The notes under the pieces were generated by a model. The model did no database searches and was not told the DNA's origin. It saw only the letters and a program-made list of their open reading frames with translations. Positions 18,952 to 27,919 of a stretch of DNA of 64,000 nucleotides are shown here, in pieces (positions within the stretch are counted from its first letter, which is position 1; every line of letters begins with the position of its first letter). Source of the stretch: an uncultured Verrucomicrobiota bacterium. GTDB taxonomy: Bacteria > Verrucomicrobiota > Verrucomicrobiia > JABWAM01. The translations under genes were made by a program, and so were the position numbers. The DNA is taken from positions 69,264 through 133,263 of the forward strand of contig CAYYYL010000003.1 in NCBI GenBank assembly GCA_964475835.1. Reading direction: 5' to 3'.

Positions 18952-19024
18952 GAATCCCTCTAATCTAACACCCCGCCACCCCCCTCACAAGGCACATTCG
19001 GCCAACAAATACCCTATTTGACTT

Positions 19025-19106
19025 TCAAAAAAATCCAATCGCACTCCAATTTTCAATCCACAGTCTCAAAAAAATCCAATCGCACTCCAATTTTCAATCC
19101 ACAGTC
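19025..19106. repeat. Perfect tandem direct repeat, 2 x 41 bp, in the divergent promoter region upstream of glnD
   Basis: TCAAAAAAATCCAATCGCACTCCAATTTTCAATCCACAGTC at 19025-19065 repeated exactly at 19066-19106. Each unit contains internal TCCAAT sub-repeats. Confidence 0.9.
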
Positions 19107-19139
19107 CGTGATTGTGTCATGCCTGAATTGTGGTAAACG

Positions 19140-21938
19140 TTGAAATTTATGAGCCGAAGCCTTCAGAAAATGCTCCATCATGCCGAATCGGCTTTGAAGG
19201 CATCCCAAAACTCCCCCGCCGCTGAACGCATCCAGCAGTATCAGAATTTTCTAAAAATCGAGAATCGGCGATTATTTTCCCTTCATCGTCACAAAGCCAG
19301 CGGCCTTGAAGTTGCCCGTGGCCGGAGCGCCATGATGGACACCCTGCTGCACTACATTTTCCATGCCGTCCGGAACGATCTCTTTGCAACCAAGAAAGGC
19401 GGCACTCCCCCTCCCGAAATCTGCCTTCTGGCAACCGGAGGATACGGACGGGGTCAACTCAATCCCTTCAGTGACGTGGACATCCTTTTCCTCCTTCCAT
19501 CAGCTAAGGGGCCCGACCTTGCCGACATCAACTCCATGGTGGAACAAATCCTCTACGTCCTCTGGGACCTTGGCCTGAAGGTTGGCCATGCGACGCGCAC
19601 CATCGACGAATGTCTCAAGCAGGCAGAAAAGGATATGCAATCCCGAACCGCCCTTGGTGAAGCTCGCCTGCTGGAAGGCTCAAAGACCACCTTCAAGGAT
19701 TTCCAGCAAGCGATCTTTCTGGGGTGCGTCAAAGGCAATTTCAAGGAGTACGTCACCAACCGCATTGAAGACCAGAAGCAGAGGCATGAAAAAAATGGAA
19801 ACACGGTTTTCGTACAAGAACCGAACGTCAAAAATGGATGCGGGGGCCTGCGGGATCTTCAAAATCTGCTTTGGATCTCCCGTTTCAAATTTGGAGCCGG
19901 AACCCTTGACGAATTAAAGAAAAAGGAAATCATCGCGCAGATCGAAGCAGGTCGCCTTCAGCGTGCCTACGATTTTCTCATGCGTGTCCGCAACGAGCTC
20001 CACTACTCCCACGGACGTGCCGTGGATGAAATCACCCTCTCTTCACAACCCAAGATCGCGAGCGCTTTGGGTTATCACCAGAAGGATGTCTTAAAACGCA
20101 TCGAGACCTTCATGCGGGATTACTATCGGCACTCGCGTGACATCTATGTCCTTACCGAAGCCTTGTCAGAACGCCTCTACCTGGACGAGGAAAGCAAAGG
20201 CAGCCGCCTTTCACGGATTTTTTCCGTGGCCAAAAAGGTGGAAAAACTGGAGGGAGGGCTCTACCTGCGTCGCGACATGCTTGAAATTCAACAAGGCGCT
20301 CCCCTCCCCCGTGATCCCCTGGATCTCATGCAAATCTTCCGCACAGCCCAGTTGCGCAACGCACGCCTTGGCGCAGGCCTCCAGAGCGTCATCCGACGAC
20401 AGCTCAAACTCATCAACCGAGAGTTCCTTTACTCACGCCGTGCCCGGGAGATCTTCCTCTCCATCCTGCGATCCAAGGGCGAGGTGGGACGAATTCTCCG
20501 CAGCATGCACGAATGCGGTTTCCTCGGGGAATATATCCCCGAATTCGCAGCCCTCGATTGCCTGGTCCAGCACGAATTCTACCACCGCTATACGGCCGAT
20601 GAACACACCCTCGTCGCCATTGAAACCCTCGACAAGATCCTGGATGCCAAGGGAGGCAGCACGGCAAAATACAGCCCCATTTTCAAACGTCTTGAAAATC
20701 CACACATCCTTTACCTCGCAATTCTTCTGCATGATGCGGGAAAGGCAGTCCGCACCCGCCACCACAACGATGCCAGTGCCGAGTGCGCCCACCGCGTCGC
20801 CCGTCGACTCTGTCTCAACTACGAAGAACAGCGCCTGCTCGTCTGGCTTGTGGACAACCATATGACCATGTCGCAAATCGCGCAGCGTCGCGATATCGAC
20901 GATCCGACAACCATCTCGGATTTCACCCAATTCCTTGGCAAACAGGAGTGGCTCGACATGCTTCATCTTTTAACCTATGTGGACGGCCTTGCCGTGGGAA
21001 GCACCAACTGGAGTGAATGGCGTCAACAGCTCCTCTGGCAGCTCTACGAACGCTGCAGCCGCGTCCTGAGCACCAGCGCCGCTGATTGGGTGGATCACGA
21101 AACTCAAAAAGCCAGTCTTCATGAGTGGGCAAGCAAGGAACTTGGATCGGAAATCACAGCCGATGAAATCGACGCCCATTTTTCCCAGATGCCGGAACGT
21201 TACTGGCGACGCGTCCATAAAGATGACCTCGCCTGGCATCTGAAAATCCTTCACTCATTCCTCGAGAAACTCCTCGATGAAGAAACCGAGGCCGTATTCC
21301 CCGTCACCCAGTGGAAACACTATCCCGACCGCGGGTATTCCGAAGTCGTCGTCTGCACTTGGGATCGACACGGCCTTTTCGCCAAAATTGCCGGATCCTT
21401 TGCCGCCTCCCGCATCAACATCCTGAATGCCGATATCTACACCCGCCACGACGATCTCGCCCTCGACATCTTCCAAGTCTGCGACCTGGAGCATCGATCC
21501 ATCCAGGACGATCGTCAACTCGTCCGGATGAGCACCATCCTTGCCGATTCCCTCCTCAAGGACCCCGACACCTCATTCTCGGAATTGATCCATCAGGAAT
21601 ACGGCACCATGCGCCATATGCCGTATCAGGACGAAGAACGGTTTCCCACCACCGTCACCTTCAACAATCGGGATTCAGCAGAGTATACCATTCTCGAAAT
21701 CCAGACCCCGGATCGCCTTGGACTCCTTCACCAGATCCTCCATGTCCTGGCTCAATGCGACCTGGACATTGACCTTGCAAAGATTAACACCGAAAAGGGA
21801 GCCGCCCTCGATGTCTTCTACCTGACTAACTCCTCAGGACAAAAAGTAAACGACAACGAAACCCTGCTTCAGATTCAAACCAAACTCAGGGAAACCATCG
21901 ACCACTTGAATCGCCCGTTTCGAAATATTGAAGCCTAA
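19140..21938 (+). CDS. glnD: [Protein-PII] uridylyltransferase/uridylyl-removing enzyme GlnD
   Basis: 932 aa. N-terminal nucleotidyltransferase (GGYGRGQLNPFSDVDILFL), central HD domain (LLHDAGKA), two C-terminal ACT domains. Confidence 0.9.
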   Translation: MKFMSRSLQKMLHHAESALKASQNSPAAERIQQYQNFLKIENRRLFSLHRHKASGLEVARGRSAMMDTLLHYIFHAVRNDLFATKKGGTPPPEICLLATGGYGRGQLNPFSDVDILFLLPSAKGPDLADINSMVEQILYVLWDLGLKVGHATRTIDECLKQAEKDMQSRTALGEARLLEGSKTTFKDFQQAIFLGCVKGNFKEYVTNRIEDQKQRHEKNGNTVFVQEPNVKNGCGGLRDLQNLLWISRFKFGAGTLDELKKKEIIAQIEAGRLQRAYDFLMRVRNELHYSHGRAVDEITLSSQPKIASALGYHQKDVLKRIETFMRDYYRHSRDIYVLTEALSERLYLDEESKGSRLSRIFSVAKKVEKLEGGLYLRRDMLEIQQGAPLPRDPLDLMQIFRTAQLRNARLGAGLQSVIRRQLKLINREFLYSRRAREIFLSILRSKGEVGRILRSMHECGFLGEYIPEFAALDCLVQHEFYHRYTADEHTLVAIETLDKILDAKGGSTAKYSPIFKRLENPHILYLAILLHDAGKAVRTRHHNDASAECAHRVARRLCLNYEEQRLLVWLVDNHMTMSQIAQRRDIDDPTTISDFTQFLGKQEWLDMLHLLTYVDGLAVGSTNWSEWRQQLLWQLYERCSRVLSTSAADWVDHETQKASLHEWASKELGSEITADEIDAHFSQMPERYWRRVHKDDLAWHLKILHSFLEKLLDEETEAVFPVTQWKHYPDRGYSEVVVCTWDRHGLFAKIAGSFAASRINILNADIYTRHDDLALDIFQVCDLEHRSIQDDRQLVRMSTILADSLLKDPDTSFSELIHQEYGTMRHMPYQDEERFPTTVTFNNRDSAEYTILEIQTPDRLGLLHQILHVLAQCDLDIDLAKINTEKGAALDVFYLTNSSGQKVNDNETLLQIQTKLRETIDHLNRPFRNIEA

Positions 21939-21943
21939 AAAGA

Positions 21944-22456
21944 TTACCACCGTATCATTTCCACGTGGTTATCGGCAAAAACCACACCGGATTTGAAACC
22001 ACCAGCCGAGGTGTGAAAGAACCCCCTGTCCCTTACCAGGTAAAGATTCGGTTCCGCTTTTGCCAAATCCAGTTCCTTGGAGGGCAGGTAGACATAGGAC
22101 ACAAACACAGGATTGGCAGGATCTGGATTCGTCTTTCCCAAAGGATCTGACGGGCAAATGATATTCCAAAGGGCTCCGTCATATTTTTCGAGCTCAAAAC
22201 GAATGTCCACCGTCCCTGTGCCATCCATCGCCTCCACTTGGATATTATCCTCAGTCAGACCGGGAAGCTTGTTCGAATTCTCAGTGGCATAAATTAAAAG
22301 GGCATTTCCAATCCCCCGAATATTGGAAAGACATTGGATCGTTTTGGAGCGCTCCTTATAACTCTTTAGAGCCGGAAACAGAAGAGCACCAAGCAAAAGC
22401 GCCACAGAAACAGCAACCATCAATTCAAGAACCGTGACAGCCTGGTTCCGATTCAT
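21944..22456 (-). CDS. Prepilin-like (N-terminal cleavage/methylation type) protein with H-X9-DG-like C-terminus; pseudopilin
   Basis: N-terminus MNRNQAVTVLELMVAVSVALLLGALLF (hydrophobic helix with Glu at +5, off-consensus). C-terminus ...FFHTSAGGFKSGVVFADNHVEMIRW resembles the DUF1559/H-X9-DG tail common in Verrucomicrobia and Planctomycetes. Confidence 0.65.
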   Translation of the reverse strand: MNRNQAVTVLELMVAVSVALLLGALLFPALKSYKERSKTIQCLSNIRGIGNALLIYATENSNKLPGLTEDNIQVEAMDGTGTVDIRFELEKYDGALWNIICPSDPLGKTNPDPANPVFVSYVYLPSKELDLAKAEPNLYLVRDRGFFHTSAGGFKSGVVFADNHVEMIRW

Positions 22457-23343
22457 AGCTCCGTGATGAAACGAGGAAGGAACCCGGATTTATTCCCTTC
22501 AAAGGTGGCATTATATCGAGGTGTGGTATCAAAACTAACCGTCGAACCATCCGCTTGGGTTACGGTCAACGTGCTGGTATCCGAAGTGATATTCACCGTA
22601 AATCCCAATAGCCAAGCAGCGGCGCTTCCGGTCTGATTGTCCAATTGCAAAGTCCAAGTCGTACCACTTTCCAAATTTGTAAAATTGTTAAAAACCGAGG
22701 TCGTCACGGGCTTGAATGTCCCCGTCACCCCCGCCTGATTCGTCGCAAGTCCAGGATCCTCCCGAATATCAAGCAACGAAGCAGCGTCCACCGTAATGTG
22801 ATGAACATATCCACTCGCAAGACCAGGGATATAAAGGGGAGCCACCGCGGCAGGACCGGTTTGCAGAATGTTCACCGGCGTGTCCGTTCCCCGTTGGAGC
22901 GAAAAGATCAGACCATTATTACCACCATTTCCAAGCGGGAAACGAGCTTGGAATACCACCGTCACCGTCAAACTTCGAATTGGAATATTCGTTCCAGCAA
23001 CAAGCGTTGTCATGGACACCACATTTGTGGCCTGAAGACTGTAGTTTGTACTTGTATCGGTAATTGAGGCCCCTGGAAGGTTCGTCGATACCGAAGTTGT
23101 ACTTGGAACCGAAACCACCGTAAGGCCGTTCGTGTTGGTGATTCTAAAAAATGTACTAATGTAACGTGGTGTTGAATCGTAAGCATAGCGCCCTCCCCCG
23201 CGGGCGGCAGCAACTCGGTTTCGATATGATTTCGTGCTCGACTGCGCAAAAGAAACCACCACAGAAAGGCCAAAAGCCGTCGAAAGCAAAACGGCCTTCA
23301 ATAGCCGCTGGGAAACAAAACGGCGCTTTAAGGTGGATATCAT
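22453..23343 (-). CDS. Secreted Thr/Ser-rich beta-rich protein of unknown function (pilus-associated by context)
   Basis: Sec-type signal peptide (…LLSTAFGLSVVVSFAQSS). Mature region rich in T/S/N/V with alternating patterns (TLTVTQADGSTVSF…). Last gene of the pil-like operon. Confidence 0.45.
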   Translation of the reverse strand: MISTLKRRFVSQRLLKAVLLSTAFGLSVVVSFAQSSTKSYRNRVAAARGGGRYAYDSTPRYISTFFRITNTNGLTVVSVPSTTSVSTNLPGASITDTSTNYSLQATNVVSMTTLVAGTNIPIRSLTVTVVFQARFPLGNGGNNGLIFSLQRGTDTPVNILQTGPAAVAPLYIPGLASGYVHHITVDAASLLDIREDPGLATNQAGVTGTFKPVTTSVFNNFTNLESGTTWTLQLDNQTGSAAAWLLGFTVNITSDTSTLTVTQADGSTVSFDTTPRYNATFEGNKSGFLPRFITEL

Positions 23344-23363
23344 AGGAATTTTTGATTCTTGGA

Positions 23364-25871
23364 TCAGGGCATATCGGGGGAAGGTGGCGAAAATTTAGCT
23401 TCATCCAACTTCCGTATCGGATTCCCTGCCGGATCCACAATGCGAGCCGTCAGGAAAATGATTAAATTCCGTTTGATGGTATTTTCAACCTTACTTTGAA
23501 AGAGACGTCCCAGCAAGGGAATGTCGCCTAAAATCGGAATCTTATCTTCTGTTTTCTGAACATCCTCACGAATCAACCCACCGAGAAGAACGGTTTGGCC
23601 ATCCCAAATCACAACATTAGTATTTAGCACCCGTTTATTAAAAACAGGCTCTTTCAAATCAAAAGCGAAAGTAACTCCGCCCGCAGCAGCAAAGGTCTGA
23701 TAGGTAATAAAACCTTCGAAATCCACCACTTCAGGGGCAAGACTTAGATTGATGGTGTAGCTGTCGCTACTGACTGTTGGCTTTACATCAAGAGTAACCC
23801 CTACTTCCCGACTGACAAACGCCGTCGGCGAAGGAGCCACAATACCCACACTTCCGGACCCTCCTGTGGTAGAAGATGTTCCCGCCTGCACCTGGGGATC
23901 CGTATAGGCGGAGGGATAAGGGAATTCCCGAGTGATGAGAATTTTTGCCTGTTCCCCACTGGTCGTAGTCACCCGGGGCGCAGAAAGAAGGTTCGCCATT
24001 CCTTTTTGTGCCATGGCATCCAGCATCATTTGGAATTGAGGATTCGTTAAAAGTCCAGTAACAGTAAGAAGCGTATTGGCACCCGCTTGAACAAGAGCAC
24101 CGTTATTTCCCCCTGCGCCAGCTAGCAATGCATCCAAAGCACTAATACTGATTTGAGTTGAGTTACGAAGCCCACCACTAATTGTATTTCCAAGCCCTCG
24201 ATAATTTCCATTAATTGGCAAATTCTGCAAAAAACTTCCCTGCCCTGACTCGACCACGTATTCCTGTTGCGTCGTGGGAGCAAAAGCCCATCTAAACCCC
24301 AACTCCTGAAGATCTGTTTCTTTGACGTCGATAAACTTAGCTTCGATTTGAACCTGCGGTGCCGTCTTGTTCAGTTTCAGGATGATTTGCTCGATCTGAT
24401 CAAGCACATCATTCGTATGCGTCGCCACAAGAACTCCCAACCCTTCGTTGTAGGAAATGCTGGTCCCCTGCGGGAATGCGATTCCGAAATCCTCAAACGT
24501 TTTCTTCACATCCGCCGCTTTCATGGAAATATTTCCACCTAAAGCTTGAAACCCACCCTTGCCACCACCCGAACCTCCACTTCCACCACCCCCACTTGAT
24601 TCGATGACTGAGCGGAAGATGCCTGGAGCCACACTGAAGGTCCTCGTTTGCGTACGGGCCGTGGAAAGCCCCTCCGAGGAAACAATCATGACGGCATCCG
24701 ACTCAATTCGGTATTTCAAATTGGTGACCTGGGTCAGAAACTTGATGGCATTCAGGAGGGGAACGTTGCGTAAGTTGAGTGTCACCGTTCGGGAGGACAA
24801 ATCCTCCGCTTTTGCGGTTCCAGGGGTGTCCAGGCCCGGCGTGGCCTTTGGGCCATCTCCGGCACGATCCGTATCAAAAGCCGGAATAATATTCACCCCT
24901 TCCTTGCTGGGACTCGTATCAGCTTCACGACTCTCATTCACCAGATAGTTGATTGCGCTAAGGATGGGCGTGTTTTCAAATTCAATTTTCTTGATCAAAA
25001 TGGTGTTTAACTTTTTCAGAATCGGGGTCTTCCCGCCAAGGGTGCCGAGCTCATCTTCATTCTCATCTTTATTGGAACTGACAATCCGATCACGACGTAG
25101 AGGCATCTGCCACCCACGCTGAACATCGAGCATCGATTCCGATTCCGTCTGCATTTTTGCAGATTCAAGCTTTTTAAACTTGGCAAGCTGGACTTCACGA
25201 AGACGGTGATAGGCGGTGGCGCTATAAGGATCGATTCGGAGAATATCCTTCAAGGCAGTTTCAGCCTGATCGAACTGCTCGCTTTTGAAATAGCTTTCCG
25301 CGGTCCGATAAAGTTCCAACACCTTCTTCTGCTTGTTCACGAAATCCGAGTTCGACACCTCGGGAGGCATTCCCGCCATCTCCTGCTCGTCCTTTTGCTT
25401 CTTATCCTCAACCTTTGCAACCTCCCTGCCAGCCCGGTCGGCAATGGACTGGGCATCACGGTTTTCAGGATCAAGTTGAACCGCTTGCTGTGCCTGGGCA
25501 TTTGCAGATACATAATCACGACGATTATAGGCGATTTTCGCAAGCTCACCCAGGGAGACGGAGAGCCCCTTGCGAATTTGATCCGCTTCAAGAGCCGTCA
25601 CAGGGGAATCTGGAACCAGTTTCTGGGCGTCCGAAAAAATCTGGGCGGCTTTTCCATAATCGCCCTGCGCCAGATAGTTCTGGCCGTCTTTGATAAGCAA
25701 ACGTCCCCGCATCAAAGCCTCCTGCCGGCGAACAACCTCGGCCTGCGAAGCTGCTGCACCCGACATGGCCACGTCCTTTCCCTGACTGTCCTGCGCATGC
25801 GTCGTGATCGGCAGCGAAATGAAAATGGTGCAAATCAGACCCAGTACAGGGCGGGGGAAAATTAAATTCAT
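23364..25871 (-). CDS. pilQ: Type IV pilus / type II secretion secretin (PilQ/GspD family) with N-terminal TPR region
   Basis: Signal peptide. TPR-like N-terminus (QNYLAQGDYGKAAQIF…). Gly-rich linker. C-terminal secretin domain (VVIWDGQTVLLGGLIREDVQKTEDKIPILGDIPLLGRLFQS…IIFLTARIV). Confidence 0.85.
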   Translation of the reverse strand: MNLIFPRPVLGLICTIFISLPITTHAQDSQGKDVAMSGAAASQAEVVRRQEALMRGRLLIKDGQNYLAQGDYGKAAQIFSDAQKLVPDSPVTALEADQIRKGLSVSLGELAKIAYNRRDYVSANAQAQQAVQLDPENRDAQSIADRAGREVAKVEDKKQKDEQEMAGMPPEVSNSDFVNKQKKVLELYRTAESYFKSEQFDQAETALKDILRIDPYSATAYHRLREVQLAKFKKLESAKMQTESESMLDVQRGWQMPLRRDRIVSSNKDENEDELGTLGGKTPILKKLNTILIKKIEFENTPILSAINYLVNESREADTSPSKEGVNIIPAFDTDRAGDGPKATPGLDTPGTAKAEDLSSRTVTLNLRNVPLLNAIKFLTQVTNLKYRIESDAVMIVSSEGLSTARTQTRTFSVAPGIFRSVIESSGGGGSGGSGGGKGGFQALGGNISMKAADVKKTFEDFGIAFPQGTSISYNEGLGVLVATHTNDVLDQIEQIILKLNKTAPQVQIEAKFIDVKETDLQELGFRWAFAPTTQQEYVVESGQGSFLQNLPINGNYRGLGNTISGGLRNSTQISISALDALLAGAGGNNGALVQAGANTLLTVTGLLTNPQFQMMLDAMAQKGMANLLSAPRVTTTSGEQAKILITREFPYPSAYTDPQVQAGTSSTTGGSGSVGIVAPSPTAFVSREVGVTLDVKPTVSSDSYTINLSLAPEVVDFEGFITYQTFAAAGGVTFAFDLKEPVFNKRVLNTNVVIWDGQTVLLGGLIREDVQKTEDKIPILGDIPLLGRLFQSKVENTIKRNLIIFLTARIVDPAGNPIRKLDEAKFSPPSPDMP

Positions 25872-25893
25872 AGTGGCGACATGAAGAAGAGGA

Positions 25894-26937
25894 TTAGGAA
25901 TGTTTTTTGATTTCGTCGGGAGAAAGGGATCGAAGTTGAAATTCCTTGCCGCTGTCCAGTTTTCTGACTACCACCTCAGCCTTCTGAGCGTCAAGTTTTT
26001 TGATACTAATTACCTGATATTGTGCATCCTCGAGCGTGAAGATGGAGTTCATTCCCACTTCGAAATATCGATCTTCAAGGACGAAATAAACTTTGGCGAA
26101 GAGATCGTTAAGGATCGCCTGCCCGCCTTTAATGAGAACCACCGGTTGATCGGACCCACGGCGCAGAGTCAGCTCCGAGACATCAAACTTGGTTTTGAGC
26201 GGTCGGCCATCCGGTCCGCGAATGGTGGGATCAACCTTGTCGTTGTACTTTTCAGCGTATTGAACCACGCGAAAACCGGGAGACTCGGGATCTGCGATCA
26301 CTTCATCCATTTTGACGTAGTAGTTCACCTTGCCGTCGCGACGAAGAACCGAAAACTTCATCCCTGTGGAGCTTTCAGCAACTCCATTAAAAATAAAGGG
26401 GAATGGCTTTTGAATGAGTTGGGCCGTGCGAAGCTTGAAAACCGCATCAGGCTTGCTGGCTGCATTTTTGGGATCAGTCCCGCTGTCGTATTCCTCCCGT
26501 ACCGTGAAGCCGTCGCCATCGGGGTCCGTATTGGCCACGGGAACCGTGGTTGGAAGCGAATGTTTTTGCAACCATACGATGGGAAGCCGTTCCGGGGTCT
26601 GCGTCCCCACATCCGGATTCCAAACCTGGGGAAACGGGTCGTTTGGATCCGTTTGCTTCATCAACGGGGCAATAAAAACCCGGTGTTGATTGGTGGTCCA
26701 TTGAAGCGGGTTTTGGATGGCCGTTTCGATCGCTTCCAAGGTCTTGAAATCTCCTCCTTTGGGATCCGCCCCCTTGGGGCGTGCCTCGTCCTGTTGCTTG
26801 ATCTCCGTCTGAAGATTGTTGACCTTCAAAATAAGAACAACCGCAAAGCCAATGAGCACGATGGCCCCGGCAATGGCGACAATCCACTCGTAGTAGTGGA
26901 TGCACAGTTGAAGAAAAGCTTTGAGCTTATCGCGCAT
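25894..26937 (-). CDS. PilP-like / Amuc_1099-like membrane-anchored pilus assembly protein (hypothetical)
   Basis: Start chosen at the internal Met (MRDKLKAF…), followed by a TM helix (IVAIAGAIVLIGFAVVLIL). It sits between the PilO-like gene and the secretin. Contains a Ca-binding-like DPDGDGF motif. The long ORF on the opposite strand was judged a shadow. Confidence 0.4.
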   Translation of the reverse strand: MRDKLKAFLQLCIHYYEWIVAIAGAIVLIGFAVVLILKVNNLQTEIKQQDEARPKGADPKGGDFKTLEAIETAIQNPLQWTTNQHRVFIAPLMKQTDPNDPFPQVWNPDVGTQTPERLPIVWLQKHSLPTTVPVANTDPDGDGFTVREEYDSGTDPKNAASKPDAVFKLRTAQLIQKPFPFIFNGVAESSTGMKFSVLRRDGKVNYYVKMDEVIADPESPGFRVVQYAEKYNDKVDPTIRGPDGRPLKTKFDVSELTLRRGSDQPVVLIKGGQAILNDLFAKVYFVLEDRYFEVGMNSIFTLEDAQYQVISIKKLDAQKAEVVVRKLDSGKEFQLRSLSPDEIKKHS

Positions 26938-27907
26938 TCGGTGCTCCTGGCTTGGGTGCACTTTTGGCCGTGCTTTTATCCGGAGGAAAATCCAACCACT
27001 CAACTCTCATCCCCACCTTGATCCGCTCCATTCCCATGACAAAAGGCAGTTGGAAGGGGTCCGCCCATTTGTTCGTTTCGGTTGCCGTGGCGGTTTTCAC
27101 GCCGCCTGCGGGAGCCGAAGCCTGAAGGATGGGTTCTTTTTTTTCGTTCTCCACAATCAACAACCTCGGAAGATAGACATATTTCGAAACGGCAAGTGAA
27201 TTGAGAAAAGCTCTCAGGGAATCGGTGTCACACCAAAATTCCAGCTCAAAAGGCATCACATTGTAAACATGGGCCGGGGACTCCCCAATCTCCATTTTTC
27301 CCCCCATCGAGACCACCGGCTCCCAGGGGGCCGCTGGGGGGGGTGGCGCCTTGGGATCAGGCTTGGGGATATCCTCAAACACCACGCGACGAACGCTCAC
27401 CAATTCGGAAACCCTCGCTTTCGCGAGCAATTGGATCAAGTCGTCCACAATCTCCAACTGTGTTAGAATGCGCACCGTATCGGGATCCTTGGGGGGAAGC
27501 TTATCGTAACGTTCAAACCCGAATTGAAACTTATCCGGATGCTTCACTTGATTTTCGTCGAGAATCTGACTCATCCGTCGCCAGGACACCACCAGTTGTT
27601 CCTTCACTTCAGAGCCCGACTTTTGAGAAAACGTCAAATGGCTCCGCCCCAGATTTTCAATGAGGGACGCGATCTTTTTTTTCTCTTCATCCGCATTCTT
27701 CTTCACACGATCCACATTTTCCTTCGATGGAAAGGAAGGTTTGCGACGCCAGAGATCCTCGCGCTGTCGCATCTTGTCATCGAGACTCGCCTTGACCGTC
27801 TTTCGCTCATCAATCTTACGATTCAAGAGAAAAAAACTGGGCAGAAGAAGCACCAGGAAAATTCCAAGAAGAACGAAGATGGGTAGATATTTCTTTAAAA
27901 TTTCCAT
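26927..27907 (-). CDS. PilO/PilN-family (Amuc_1100-like) pilus assembly protein
   Basis: N-terminal TM (LPIFVLLGIFLVLLLPSFFLL), a coiled-coil-like charged region, then a Pro-rich linker and C-terminal domain. Position between pilM(N) and the pilP-like/pilQ genes. Confidence 0.45.
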   Translation of the reverse strand: MEILKKYLPIFVLLGIFLVLLLPSFFLLNRKIDERKTVKASLDDKMRQREDLWRRKPSFPSKENVDRVKKNADEEKKKIASLIENLGRSHLTFSQKSGSEVKEQLVVSWRRMSQILDENQVKHPDKFQFGFERYDKLPPKDPDTVRILTQLEIVDDLIQLLAKARVSELVSVRRVVFEDIPKPDPKAPPPPAAPWEPVVSMGGKMEIGESPAHVYNVMPFELEFWCDTDSLRAFLNSLAVSKYVYLPRLLIVENEKKEPILQASAPAGGVKTATATETNKWADPFQLPFVMGMERIKVGMRVEWLDFPPDKSTAKSAPKPGAPNAR

Positions 27908-27919
27908 GTCAACGAGGCA

